DNA of 64,000 nt from NCBI GenBank assembly GCA_965229885.1, contig CBDDJX010000003.1, positions 1,424,452 to 1,488,451 on the forward strand. Direction: 5' to 3'. The DNA comes from Vicinamibacterales bacterium. Lineage in GTDB: Bacteria > Acidobacteriota > Vicinamibacteria > Vicinamibacterales > CAVVIG01. Positions 10,010-20,807 of the stretch are shown here, in pieces. The translations under genes were made by a program, and so were the position numbers. Below the pieces are notes generated by a model. That model was not told the DNA's origin. It searched no databases and worked only from the letters and a program-made list of their open reading frames with translations. How positions within the stretch are numbered: the stretch's first letter is position 1; the number at the start of each line of letters is the position of its first letter.

Positions 10010-10337
10010 CTCAACTAACTTGCCCTCCGGGATTCCCGGTACGATTCAGCCCGGTGCGCCTCCCTCGCGCTTGGGAACCACCCGCCACTCGCGGGCAGTA
10101 TTGCCGCCATGCGGGCCGGGGCAAGTCCTTTTGTCAGTGCGATTCGCCTGAATTCGACGGCGCCCGGACCCGGGGGCCCCAGCCCCCCGTACGTATCGCA
10201 GGGGCCTCCACCCGGGCACACGTCAGCGCGGGCTGAGAAGTGGCGGAAGATTTTCGTGCGCTCTGCGGCTTTTGGGTGTATAAGCGGGTACGTCCTGGGC
10301 AGGCAAAATGGAAATCCCAGGCATGGAGATCCAAAAC

Positions 10338-11834
10338 ATGAAATCCAGGGTCATGCTCGGTGCGATGGTGGTGGTCGTGGCAGTTGCCGCTGGCGTTAGG
10401 ATGGCCGCCGCGCCGGCCGCCGCGCCGGCCGCCACAAGCCCGACGTTCAACAAGGATGTCGCGCCGATCGTCTTCAACAACTGCGTGTCGTGCCATCGTC
10501 CCAACCAGATCGCGCCGATGTCGCTCATGTCGTACGAGGAAGTGCGACCCTGGGCGCGGGCGATCAAGAACAAGGTCTCCAAGCGTGAGATGCCGCCGTG
10601 GTTCGCCGATCCTCGCTTTGGCGAATTCCGCAACGACCCGCGCTTGACCGACACCCAGATTCAGACCATCGCGGCGTGGGCAGACACGGGCGCTCCTGAA
10701 GGTGATACGCCATTGACGGCCGAGCTGCCAACGATAAACGAGGGCTGGACGCATCCCTCGGGGCGCGATCCCGACCTCGTGATCGAGATGGCGCACGCAT
10801 ACAACGGGCCGGCCCAAGGTGAGGTGCCCTGGTTCAACATCTACCAGGAGCTCCCGGAGGAGCTGAAAAAGGAAGAGCATCTCATCGAGGCCATTCAGCT
10901 CTTGCCGGGCGTGATCCCGGCCATGCATCACCTGGTGTTCAGCGTCAGGCCGCTGCCGCCCGGCACCAAGATCGGGAGGGGCCCGGCCTGGCCGGGCGGG
11001 CAGATCATCGACGGGGCGTTACTCAACGAGGAAACCGGTAAGCTGGCGGATGGTGCCAACTCCTTGACCGGCGCGGAAGGCGCGGCAGAGGATCAAGGAG
11101 ATAGGTTCTCCTTTTGTTGTTACGTTCCCGGAGGCAACTTCAGGCAATATCGGGATGGTGCATTTCGACGCATGCCCAAGGAAGGGGTCATTGTGTGGGG
11201 CGCGCACTACACCATGATCGGCAAGCCGTTCGCGGACAAAACGAAGGTGGGTCTGTGGTTTCAGAAAGACCCGAAAAACGAAATCGGTGGAGGCCAGGTC
11301 GGCGGCCGCCTCAGGATTGCCCAGGGGAGGGAGTTGGTGGACGACAACGTCACGCCGGTGCCAGCTCCTGGAGGGGTGGCAGGGACGGGCGGTCGCGACC
11401 CCGCCGTGCCGGTGATTCCGCCGCATACGGCCGACTTTTCGTTGACGGAGATCTCGGCGTATCAAGACGACGTGACGTTGTACACCGTGTGGCCGCACAT
11501 GCATCTGCGCGGTCATGAAATGACATTCGTAGTGACGTTTCCCGATGGCCGGGAGCAGATCCTGCTGGCCAACCTGAACTACGACTTCAATTGGCAGATC
11601 TTCTACGATTTGAAGGAGCCGCTCAAGATACCGGCCGGCAGCACGATCAAGGCGGTTGGATCCTACGACAACTCCACGAGGAACAGGAACAACTCCGAGC
11701 CTCACAAGGAGGTCTACTGGTCCGAGCAGTCTTGGGATGAGATGTTCACGCCATTCCGGGATGTCACGGTGGACAAGAACGCCCTCGAATTGACGAAGGC
11801 GCCCGCGTCGTCGACCGACGGCGCCCGGCAGTAG
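10338..11834 (+). CDS. Exported heme-c (CxxCH) protein fused to a copper type II ascorbate-dependent monooxygenase-like (PHM-like) domain
   Basis: GGAG then ATG at 10338. Signal peptide MKSRVMLGAMVVVVAVAAG. CVSCH heme-binding motif about 50 aa in. VWPHMHLRGHEM and NFNWQ motifs resemble the PHM C-terminal copper site from memory. Confidence 0.65.
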   Translation: MKSRVMLGAMVVVVAVAAGVRMAAAPAAAPAATSPTFNKDVAPIVFNNCVSCHRPNQIAPMSLMSYEEVRPWARAIKNKVSKREMPPWFADPRFGEFRNDPRLTDTQIQTIAAWADTGAPEGDTPLTAELPTINEGWTHPSGRDPDLVIEMAHAYNGPAQGEVPWFNIYQELPEELKKEEHLIEAIQLLPGVIPAMHHLVFSVRPLPPGTKIGRGPAWPGGQIIDGALLNEETGKLADGANSLTGAEGAAEDQGDRFSFCCYVPGGNFRQYRDGAFRRMPKEGVIVWGAHYTMIGKPFADKTKVGLWFQKDPKNEIGGGQVGGRLRIAQGRELVDDNVTPVPAPGGVAGTGGRDPAVPVIPPHTADFSLTEISAYQDDVTLYTVWPHMHLRGHEMTFVVTFPDGREQILLANLNYDFNWQIFYDLKEPLKIPAGSTIKAVGSYDNSTRNRNNSEPHKEVYWSEQSWDEMFTPFRDVTVDKNALELTKAPASSTDGARQ

Positions 11835-11861
11835 AGCTATCGCGATCGCCTCGCCAACGCG

Positions 11862-11890
11862 TGGAGAAGGCCGGCAAAAGGCCGCCTTCT
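11862..11890 (+). terminator. Weak hairpin after the monooxygenase-like gene
   Basis: AGAAGGCcggcAAAAggccGCCTTCT has a 7-bp perfect stem plus partial extension and no clear T-run. Confidence 0.3.
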
Positions 11891-12217
11891 TCACGCGATC
11901 GACCATCCCACGCGCGACTCACCTCGTACTTCTCCGCACCGCCGTCGCGTCCAGCCCCACATCCCACGCCCGCAGCACGCGTTTCCACAGATCCGTTGAG
12001 TACGGCGCCATTGCACCTCCCACGGGAGAAGTACCACGGCGTCGTACTACGTACAATCAGAAAACGCTCTAGTCGTGGATCGTCTATTGGGTTGACGATC
12101 CCTACCCGCCGATCCGGCTCAGCGTTCTAATGCTGGACCACCACGCGCAGCCGCAGGGCGATGACGCCGAGAATCCCGTACGCTGCCGACAGCGCGAAAC
12201 CCGTGTGGTCAAGAAAC

Positions 12218-12778
12218 TCATGCGGCTGCCCGATGGTAGAACTTCAGCAGTCCCCCGAGCCGTTCGCGGCAAAGCATCGGGCCGGTCGTGCGGACCTCGT
12301 CCTGCGGAAGAGCAAGAGGTTGTCCTTGCCTTGGTGATTGCGCTCGCCGTGGAAGTGCGCGACGTACGCACGTAACGCGGTGCGTAGCGCCGGCGCGCCG
12401 AAGAGAATCAGCTTCGAGAGGCACTCGTCTTTGACTGACCGCACCCAGCGCTCCGCGTGCGGATTCAGGTTCGGGCTGCGGGGCGGCAATCGCACGGGCG
12501 TCACGCCACCGTCCATGAGTGTGGTGTCGAATGCCGGACAGTATTTACCGTCGCGGTCGTGAATCAGATACCGATGGCCGACGAGGAACCCGTCGTCTGC
12601 CATCGTGAGGTTTCGCGCGGATCTGAGCCAGGGTCCGGCGTTCGCCGTCGGTCAGCTTCAATCGGCCAGGAATCTGTGCCCGGAGGATGCGGTTCTCCAC
12701 GACGAGATACTCGCTGCGCCGGAGGAGTTCCTCGTCGACCGAGCCGGTGACGTACGCCAACATGGTCTTCCAGTTCAT
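12218..12778 (-). pseudogene. rve-domain (IS481-like) transposase remnant with internal deletion and frameshift
   Basis: The N-terminal piece MNWKTMLAYVTGSVDEELLRRSEYLVVENRILRAQ and the C-terminal piece [16 protein letters not shown]...[25 protein letters not shown]...ERNHQG / [16 protein letters not shown] parallel the intact paralogue at 19686..20756. The central roughly 200 codons are missing and the tail is in another frame. Confidence 0.7.
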
Positions 12779-12899
12779 CGCCGCTCAAGAATACTGGGCT
12801 TGGTCAGAGAGAACGCCCGTCAGTATCCACGGCCTCGACTGACCGATCCAGGCTGGGCCGGTGACCCGGATCCTGCTCTGCGAGAACACATTTGGATTA

Positions 12900-13046
12900 T
12901 TTGACCGTACGGGGTCGCGCACGCATCTGTCTCTGGCGAAGGACGCGCCGACGCCGCGACGCGTGCAGGCCGCCACGGAAGGGGGCGTGATCGCGTTCCC
13001 GGAAGTCGGCGGACTGCACCATCGCTATGAACGACGCGCAGCCTGA
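12900..13046 (+). pseudogene. Transposase C-terminal remnant
   Basis: ...GGVIAFPEVGGLHHRYERRAA* is the characteristic C-terminal tail of rve-type transposases. No upstream body is present. Confidence 0.4.
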
Positions 13047-13309
13047 CGTGACGTTGTCGGCTTCGCGCGTTGCAGGTCAAGCGCCGCAGTCACGCGCACG
13101 AGCGAACGCAGCTCGCCCCGTCTGACCGCCAGCAATCCCGCTCATCACGCCCGTAGTTCCGGAGAGCGCCGCACCGGTTTTTGCGAAGGTCAGCCAACTA
13201 CGCAGGCACCCCCGTCATCTGCTTCAACATCTGCTCGAACGCGGACTGATTCGGTCCGTGAATCGGACCGGGTTCGTCGGAGGGCTCATTGCTTGAGAGG
13301 ATGGAGCCC

Positions 13310-13626
13310 ATGGCACGACCGAGGAAGTATTCAGCTGAGGCACGAGAGCGGGCCATTCGGATGGTCCGCGCGCATGGTTCCGAGCATCCGTCGCAGTGGG
13401 CCGCGATCACGGCGATCGCGAGCAAGTTCGGCTGCACCGGCGAGACGCTGCGGAATTGGGTGCGCCAGGCCGAACGCGAGACGGGCCAGCGGGGCGGCCT
13501 GACGACCGACGAGCGCCAGCGCCTGAAGGAACGGGAACGCGACAATCGCGAATTGAGACGCGCGAATGAGATCTTGCGGAAGGCCTCCGCATATTTTGCC
13601 CAGGCGGCGCGCGACCGCCGAGTGAA

Positions 13627-13630
<4 letters not shown>
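13310..13630 (+). CDS. IS3 type B OrfA (HTH/leucine zipper)
   Basis: MARPRKYSAEARERAIRMVRAHGSEHPSQWAAITAIASKFGCTGETLRNWVRQAERETG...ELRRANEILRKASAYFAQA is the typical IS3 OrfA architecture. Confidence 0.85.
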
Positions 13631-14527
<897 letters not shown>

Positions 14528-14566
14528 CTCAACTAACTCACCCTCCGGGATTCCCGGTACGATTCA

Positions 14567-14922
14567 CAGACAAGCTCCTCAGTTACGGGGCGGCACACCG
14601 CACCGTGATGCCGTCCGTAGTGCACAGTACTCGGCAGTACGAGACCAATCGAGCGGAGGTGTCGCACCAGTCGACCCGCCAGCGCGAGGGCCAGATGCGA
14701 CGGTTCAAGTCGGTCGGACACGCGCAACGGTTCTTGTCGGTGCACGGGCTCGTCCAGAACCTCTTCCGTATGGGGCACCACTTGCTCCGAGCTGGTCACT
14801 ATCGATTACTGAGACCGCGTCGTTCAACGTTTGGGATGCGGTGACGTGTGTCTGCTGAACGATGATAGAAACCGAGCCATCGAGAGAGTGTCACGCCCTC
14901 TTCTCGTCAACTTGACAGGGCC
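14567..14922 (+). mobile_element. IS6-family element, 3' fragment abutting the IS3 right end
   Basis: Translation DKLLSYGAAHRTVMPSVVHSTRQYETNRAEVSHQSTRQREGQMRRFKSVGHAQRFLSVHGLVQNLF matches the C-terminal third of the intact transposase at 26952..27653. It ends in the IR-like tcaacttgacagggcc. Confidence 0.85.
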
Positions 14923-14950
14923 TGTACCGCTGATCGGGCGCGCACCTGCG

Positions 14951-15750
14951 CTAGCGCGCGTTCACCATCGACGCTGGAATCGCGCCGGTCTTGCGGCAGG
15001 CGACGCCGAAGTAATAAAGCGGCCGGCCGTTGATCGACAGGCGATGTCGGTAGCGCTCCATGTGATAGATGTCGAGGTACTCGCTCAAGATCAGGTTCTT
15101 GATGAAGACCGAGAACCCGCTCGCGTCGCGGTTGTCAAGGAAGGTCTCTTTGATGTTGAACACGACCCAGCCACCGTCCTCGATGAGGTTGAACGCCTCG
15201 GCGAACACGCGTACGGGGATGTCGCCGAAGCCGAGCGCAGCCACCGAGATCAGGCAGTTGAAGCGCCAGGCCACGAGTTCATCGCGCTGAGTGGGGGTCA
15301 TGCCCGACATATCCAACGCGCAGTACTGGTCGTACGTCCCGGGCCGATCGCGCTCCACCGCTATGGCGGCGGCGGCCGAGATGTCCACGCCGACCATGCG
15401 TGCGACGCCCTGCTTCTGTAGCTCCTCGCCAACCATGCCGTTGCCGGCGCCGAGATCGAGCACGCGCAATTCGTTGAACAGCCCTGGCTCACCGCTCATC
15501 GCATAGCGCAGAATCTCGACGACCTTTCTCGGCGAAACGCATTTCAGCCGATCGTAGAACAGCTGCTCGTACAGCCCTGGTCGGTTGTAGAGCGCGTCGT
15601 AGTCGTGGAAGCGCAATTCGGTCTCCACGCCGTTCGGGGGTCGACAACCGTGAAGTAGGCCTCGTCCTGCGCGAGGTCCTGTGTGTTGGTCGAGGGAAAG
15701 CGTATATGGTGTTTGGTCACAATCTGGCTCAAGGGAAGGCGATCGATCAA
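14951..15750 (-). pseudogene. Class I SAM-dependent methyltransferase, frameshifted in a G5/C5 run
   Basis: VLDLGAGNGMVG motif I. The N-terminal part (LIDRLPLSQIVTKHHIRFPSTNTQDLAQDEAYFTVVDP) is in another frame. Adding one C to the run at 15636..15640 joins it to NGVETELRFHDYDALYNRPGLYEQLFYDRLKC. Confidence 0.7.
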
Positions 15751-15850
15751 AAGAGCAGCAGCGTAGCCCAGGTCGGCGGCGATGGTGAAGCGGAACGGCC
15801 GAGGCTCGGCAGGTATTCTAGCTTAGATGAACACCGATTTGGCACCAAAC

Positions 15851-16024
15851 GGGGTGCTTGCGCCGTCAACTGTTGGTGATGTGAACGTATCCCCTTGCAA
15901 GAAATGCGCTTGCGCCACATTCGGTACACAACACAGGTCACAAGCGCCATTTGGCTGTAATTTACTGCACCGTCAACGTCTTAACGTCGCGCTACCAACA
16001 CTTAGTGGCGCAAGCACCACCCCC
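15851..16024. mobile_element. MITE derived from the IS1-family element (about 170 bp)
   Basis: GGGGTGCTTGCGCCGTCAACTGTTGGT at 15851 and its inverted partner (reverse complement of 15994..16024 = GGGGTGGTGCTTGCGCCACTAAGTGTTGGT) both match the IS ends at 28524 and 29723. There is no coding capacity between them. Confidence 0.7.
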
Positions 16025-16037
16025 GTCCTAATGTCGG

Positions 16038-16481
16038 CTATCGTCCCCCGTGCGAAGAGTGGACCGTCATCTTGCCGGCCTTGTCGAACGCCATCACGGA
16101 GTAGGGAACGGTACGACCGCCCTGCTCCATCCCCGGCGAGCCCACGGGCATGCCCGGCACCGCGAGCCCCGCGATCGCCGGCTGCTCGATCAGCAGCTTC
16201 TTGATGTCGGCGGCGGGGACGTGCCCTTCGATGAGATAGCCCCCGATCGAGCCGGTGTGGCACGACCGCGCTTCCGCGGGGACCCTCGTATCGCGCAGCC
16301 GGCTCGCCGACTCGGTGACGGTCACCGTGAAGCCCGCGCGCCGCAGATGCGTGACCCAATTCATGCAGCAGCCGCAGCCGGGGTCGCGGACCACGGTCAT
16401 GGCGGTCGGACTCTGGGCTGGAGCGAGGTTGCGCGCGAGAAGTACAGCCAGCACGGCGGCTACGGAGATGAACAGCTTCAT
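16038..16481 (-). CDS. DUF411 (CopG-like metal-binding) periplasmic protein
   Basis: ATG at 16481. Signal peptide MKLFISVAAVLAVLLARNLAPAQS. CGCCMNWVTHL and CHTGSIGGYLIEGHVPA motifs are typical of DUF411 proteins of copper-resistance loci. Confidence 0.85.
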   Translation of the reverse strand: MKLFISVAAVLAVLLARNLAPAQSPTAMTVVRDPGCGCCMNWVTHLRRAGFTVTVTESASRLRDTRVPAEARSCHTGSIGGYLIEGHVPAADIKKLLIEQPAIAGLAVPGMPVGSPGMEQGGRTVPYSVMAFDKAGKMTVHSSHGGR

Positions 16482-16532
16482 GGTAGGTGCCTCCCAGGCT
16501 TGTCGCATATGGGTCTGGGAGACATTGTACCC

Positions 16533-16562
16533 TGACACCACTGCCGAATCGTCTCGTAGGTG
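16533..16562. repeat. 30-bp internal fragment of the IS6 transposase gene
   Basis: ctgacaccactgccgaatcgtctcgtaggt is identical to 27486..27515 of the full IS6 copy. Confidence 0.8.
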
Positions 16563-16638
16563 ACGGCGATGGGCGTTGGTGAATCTATGTGGCAAGCCAG
16601 AAGTCGCGTAGCCTGCGCCTGGTGCTCGAACCATAAGG

Positions 16639-16656
16639 AGGGCACAGTCAAGTTGA
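16639..16656. repeat. Solo IS6 terminal-IR-like sequence
   Basis: GGGCACAGTCAAGTTGAG versus the IS6 IRs GGGGCACTGTCAAGTTGA and GGGGCATTGTCAAGTTGA. Confidence 0.6.
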
Positions 16657-16689
16657 GGTGCCAGCTGGTAGTGTCTCAGTTTGAAAACA

Positions 16690-16869
16690 TCAGGCCGACC
16701 GACCGAAGTAGATATTCAGCGACGACGCCACCACGCCAGCGTCCTTCATCGCCTGCTTGAGGTCGTCGGACGAGAGAAGAGCCTTAGCCTTGTTGACGTC
16801 GCCCACGCCGAAAATCACGGTGATGTCCTTGTCGTCATCGAGTCCGCGCAATAGCGACACGAGCCCGAG
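16690..16869 (-). pseudogene. C-terminal fragment of a small protein, 5' end cut by IS3 copy 2
   Basis: The minus-strand frame is open from the IS boundary: LGLVSLLRGLDDDKDITVIFGVGDVNKAKALLSSDDLKQAMKDAGVVASSLNIYFGRSA*. There is no start codon. Confidence 0.5.
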
Positions 16870-16920
16870 TGAATCGTACCGGGTTCGTCGGAGGGCTCAT
16901 TGCTTGAGAGGATGGAGCCC

Positions 16921-17237
16921 ATGGCACGACCGAGGAAGTATTCAGCTGAGGCACGAGAGCGGGCCATTCGGATGGTCCGCGCGCATGGTCCCGAGCATCC
17001 GTCGCAGTGGGCCGCGATCACGGCGATCGCGAGCAAGTTCGGCTGCACCGGTGAGACGCTGCGGAATTGGGTGCGCCAGGCCGAACGCGAGACGGGCCAG
17101 CGGGGCGGCCTGACGACCGACGAGCGCCAGCGCCTGAAGGAACGGGAACGCGACAATCGCGAATTGAGACGCGCGAATGAGATCTTGCGGAAGGCCTCCG
17201 CATATTTTGCCCAGGCGGCGCGCGACCGCCGAGTGAA

Positions 17238-17241
<4 letters not shown>
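16921..17241 (+). CDS. IS3 type B OrfA
   Basis: Same as 13310..13630 with one substitution (GSEHP to GPEHP). Confidence 0.85.
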
Positions 17242-18138
<897 letters not shown>

Positions 18139-18243
18139 CTCAACTAACTCACCCTCCGGGATTCCCGGTACGATTCAGAAAGTGGACTGATGAACCGATA
18201 GCGAAATTTACGCTTGGGGCTATATACTCCTTGAGGAGGGGTT

Positions 18244-18636
18244 TTGATGAAGCAATTGATTCGCGTCGGTTTCGTCGTGGTGTTGATGGCGCTCAGCGCG
18301 TCGGCCACGTGGCTCGCAGCGCAGAACCTTTTCGGTGCGCCGAAGACCATCATCCATGTCTCGATCATCCAGTGGAAGGAAGGCGTCTCCGCCGTCGACA
18401 AGCAGCAGGCGCTCAACGGGGTGAAGGAGATGGCCGCGAAGATTCCCGGTATGAAGAACGTCTGGACCAAGGCCCTGCGCGTGCAGCCTGAGGGCTATCA
18501 CGACGCATTCGTGATCGAGTTCGAGGATCAGGCGGCCGCGGATCGGTACGCGAAGGCGCCGGCGCACGACGCGTGGACGGAAGCGTTCCTGAAGATCCGC
18601 GAGGCCAGCATCTCTCCCCAGATCACGAACGAGTAA
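18244..18636 (+). CDS. Dabb (stress-responsive A/B barrel) family protein with signal peptide
   Basis: GAGGAGG RBS. MMKQLIRVGFVVVLMALSASATWLAAQ signal. IIHVSIIQWKEG...FVIEFEDQAAADRYAKAPAHDAW is the Dabb fold signature. Confidence 0.8.
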   Translation: MMKQLIRVGFVVVLMALSASATWLAAQNLFGAPKTIIHVSIIQWKEGVSAVDKQQALNGVKEMAAKIPGMKNVWTKALRVQPEGYHDAFVIEFEDQAAADRYAKAPAHDAWTEAFLKIREASISPQITNE

Positions 18637-18745
18637 CGGATCGCTCGGCCTCCAGGGCCACACCCAAGCCGTCGGCAATGCGGTTGACGAACGCGAAGTA
18701 GCTGACGATCGCGCACGCGTCGTCGACGCGACCATGGAGATCACG
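18637..18745 (-). pseudogene. Carboxymuconolactone decarboxylase/alkylhydroperoxidase-family C-terminal fragment
   Basis: The minus-strand translation LHGRVDDACAIVSYFAFVNRIADGLGVALE resembles the conserved ..ISYFNFVNRIADGLGV.. tail. The rest of the gene is missing. Confidence 0.35.
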
Positions 18746-18994
18746 TCGTTCGAGCGGAATCGCAGCTACACGGTGACCCACTACAAGAGGGGAGTGCTTG
18801 GTAGGGGCGTGCGCATCGATACCATCTTCGCGTTCGAGCCAGTGTCCGCCCGTAGTGTTCCATTAATCGGCCGACCGATTTTGCACCGAAATCAGCGTTG
18901 TGTCGGTCGGTACTTCCTAGCGATCAAGTAGCGAAAGCAGCTGTCGCCACGACTTGGAAGGTGCTCGGCTGATCGATGGGACACTACGCGGTCC

Positions 18995-19549
18995 TCAGAG
19001 ACGGAAAAACCGTGGAACGTGAGCCTTGTATTCCTCGAAGTCCCGTCCGTACTTCTTTGTCAGCCACGGCTCTTCCAGAAACGGCGCACCGATGTAGAGG
19101 AGCGTCCACGCGGTCAGCAGCGAGTTCACCCGCGATGATTGGACAATGAGTCCCCAGCCGATCATGCCGATGATGGAAACGACATAAATCGGGTTGCGGC
19201 TCCACCGATAGACGCCCTCAGTCTTCAATCCCTGGGCTTCCCCGAACGCATTGCGCCAATCGAGATAGTCGGTCCAGTAAAGCGCAAAGCCGAAACCCAC
19301 CATCACCAAAGGGATGCCGGTGACATACTGCCAAGCGAATGATCTAGGTCCGCCAAAATCCAGGAATGATAGGGTGAGCAATCCTCCGAAAAACACCCGG
19401 AACAAAGTTCGGAAGGTCCGATATTGCCAACATTCAGCATTCGGCGGTGGCCAGAACTCGACGCCAGGACGAACGAATGCGAAGAACGACAATCCAGCGA
19501 TGCCAAGCGCCGCACTGAAGCTGAGGATGTAAACGGAGATGCCAATCAT
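18995..19549 (-). CDS. Isoprenylcysteine carboxyl methyltransferase / phospholipid methyltransferase family membrane protein
   Basis: Multi-TM protein with GVYRWSRNPIYVVSIIGMIGWGL and EEPWLTKKYGRDFEEYKAHVPRF motifs. Visibly lower GC than its surroundings. Start taken at MIGISVYIL. Confidence 0.75.
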   Translation of the reverse strand: MIGISVYILSFSAALGIAGLSFFAFVRPGVEFWPPPNAECWQYRTFRTLFRVFFGGLLTLSFLDFGGPRSFAWQYVTGIPLVMVGFGFALYWTDYLDWRNAFGEAQGLKTEGVYRWSRNPIYVVSIIGMIGWGLIVQSSRVNSLLTAWTLLYIGAPFLEEPWLTKKYGRDFEEYKAHVPRFFRL

Positions 19550-19685
19550 GAGCGGGGCACTGTCGAGTTGACGAGAAGCTAGCTGACCCGAACTACGTCC
19601 TCCCGCATAGTGCAACAAAGCGGCCGAGGGTAGCGAATCGCCGAAACAAGGCCGGTCTGGCGGCGGTTCTCAAGTAGCCTCCGTC

Positions 19686-20756
19686 ATGCCCGACGCTCTG
19701 CAATTCCTCGTGCTCACCGTCGCTGGCTGGGTCAACTGCCACCAAGAAGATCTGATTGAGTATCTCCGGGAGGAAAATCGGATCCTGCGGGAGCACCTGG
19801 GCCCGCGTCCGCTTCGCCTGACCGACGCGCAGCGCCGTCGCCTCGCGGTGCGAGGGCAGCAACTCGGACGGCGGGCCTTGACGCAGGTTGCCGGCATCGT
19901 CACGCCTGACACGATTCTTCGCTGGTACCGGCGACTGATCGCCAGGAAGTACGACGGGAGCCCCCGCAGAAGTCGAGGCCGACCGATGACGCCTCGGGAG
20001 ATCGCCGAGCTCGTGGTGTGGATGGCGGGCGAGAATCCGACGTGGGGCTACACGCGGATCCGCGGCGCACTCGCCAACCTCGGCCACGACATCGCCCGGA
20101 ACACGGTGAAGCGGATCCTGCGCGACCACGGGGTCGACCCGGCTCCCGAGCGGGCCCGACGAACGCCGTGGAAGACGTTCTTGCAGGCGCATTGGGAGGG
20201 GCTGGCGGCCTGCGATCTGTTCACGGTGGAGGTGCTCACACTGGCGGGTCTCAGGCGGTGCCTCGTCTTCTTCGTGATCGAGCTGAAGACTCGTCGAGTG
20301 ACCATCGCAGGAATTCACCCGCAGCCGTGCGGGACGTGGATGGAGCAGATGGCCCGTAATCTGACCGACAGCATCGACGGCTTCCTGCGGACTGCGCGCC
20401 AGCTGATTCACGATCGAGATCCCCTGTTCACGCGTGTCTTTGCTGAGATCCTCACGAGCGCTGGCGTCCAGCCGATTCGGCTGCCGCCCAAGAGTCCGAA
20501 TCTCAACGCCTATGCCGAGCGGTTCGTGCGGTCGATTAAAGAGGAGTGTCTCACTCGCGTCGTGCCGCTCGGCGAGGGTCACTTACGCCTCATCGTCCAC
20601 GAGTACGTCGAGCACTACCATCGCGAGAGAAACCACCAGGGACTCGAGGACCAGCTCCTGCAACGCGCGCCACCTCCGGTACGCCAGGACGCCGACGTTC
20701 AGCGGCGGCAGCGTCTCGGCGGACTCCTCAGTTTCTACCATCAAAAAGCCGCATGA
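19686..20756 (+). CDS. rve-domain DDE transposase, single ORF (IS481-like), apparently intact
   Basis: [16 protein letters not shown] zipper, [86 protein letters not shown] tail. I could not define the IRs. Confidence 0.8.
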   Translation: MPDALQFLVLTVAGWVNCHQEDLIEYLREENRILREHLGPRPLRLTDAQRRRLAVRGQQLGRRALTQVAGIVTPDTILRWYRRLIARKYDGSPRRSRGRPMTPREIAELVVWMAGENPTWGYTRIRGALANLGHDIARNTVKRILRDHGVDPAPERARRTPWKTFLQAHWEGLAACDLFTVEVLTLAGLRRCLVFFVIELKTRRVTIAGIHPQPCGTWMEQMARNLTDSIDGFLRTARQLIHDRDPLFTRVFAEILTSAGVQPIRLPPKSPNLNAYAERFVRSIKEECLTRVVPLGEGHLRLIVHEYVEHYHRERNHQGLEDQLLQRAPPPVRQDADVQRRQRLGGLLSFYHQKAA

Positions 20757-20807
20757 GTGCTCGGCCCATTAATCGCACCTTACGACGACGCACTTGTGAA
20801 TGTCGCG

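Larger units (their letters stand above)
8767..10048 (+). mobile_element. IS3-family element, mosaic (type A 5' part plus type B 3' part)
   Basis: Left end TGAGCTTGATCCGG, right end ...CCGGTACGATTCA. The first about 815 bp match the 3325..3648 fragment. From about 9582 the sequence is near-identical to the 3' 465 bp of the copies at 13259 and 16870. Confidence 0.85.

Noticed and set aside
10296-10320. GGCAAAATGGAAATCCCAGG upstream of the monooxygenase-like gene, and GGAAAATCGGAAATGAATCG at 8178..8197, resembling the IS1380-like terminus GGCAAATCGGAAATCCCGG.
   Set aside because: Only about 20 nt are similar, with no adjoining IS sequence. It could be a solo end or chance, and I cannot distinguish these without genome-wide copies.
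11019-11906. Long ORFs antisense to well-supported genes. Examples: 11019..11906, 30869..31828, 34849..35949, 48904..50310, 50344..51483, 52074..53084 and 10134..10931.
   Set aside because: They lie opposite genes with clear family motifs. Their translations are Arg/Pro/Gly-rich low-complexity strings typical of stop-poor antisense frames in high-GC DNA, and none has recognisable motifs.
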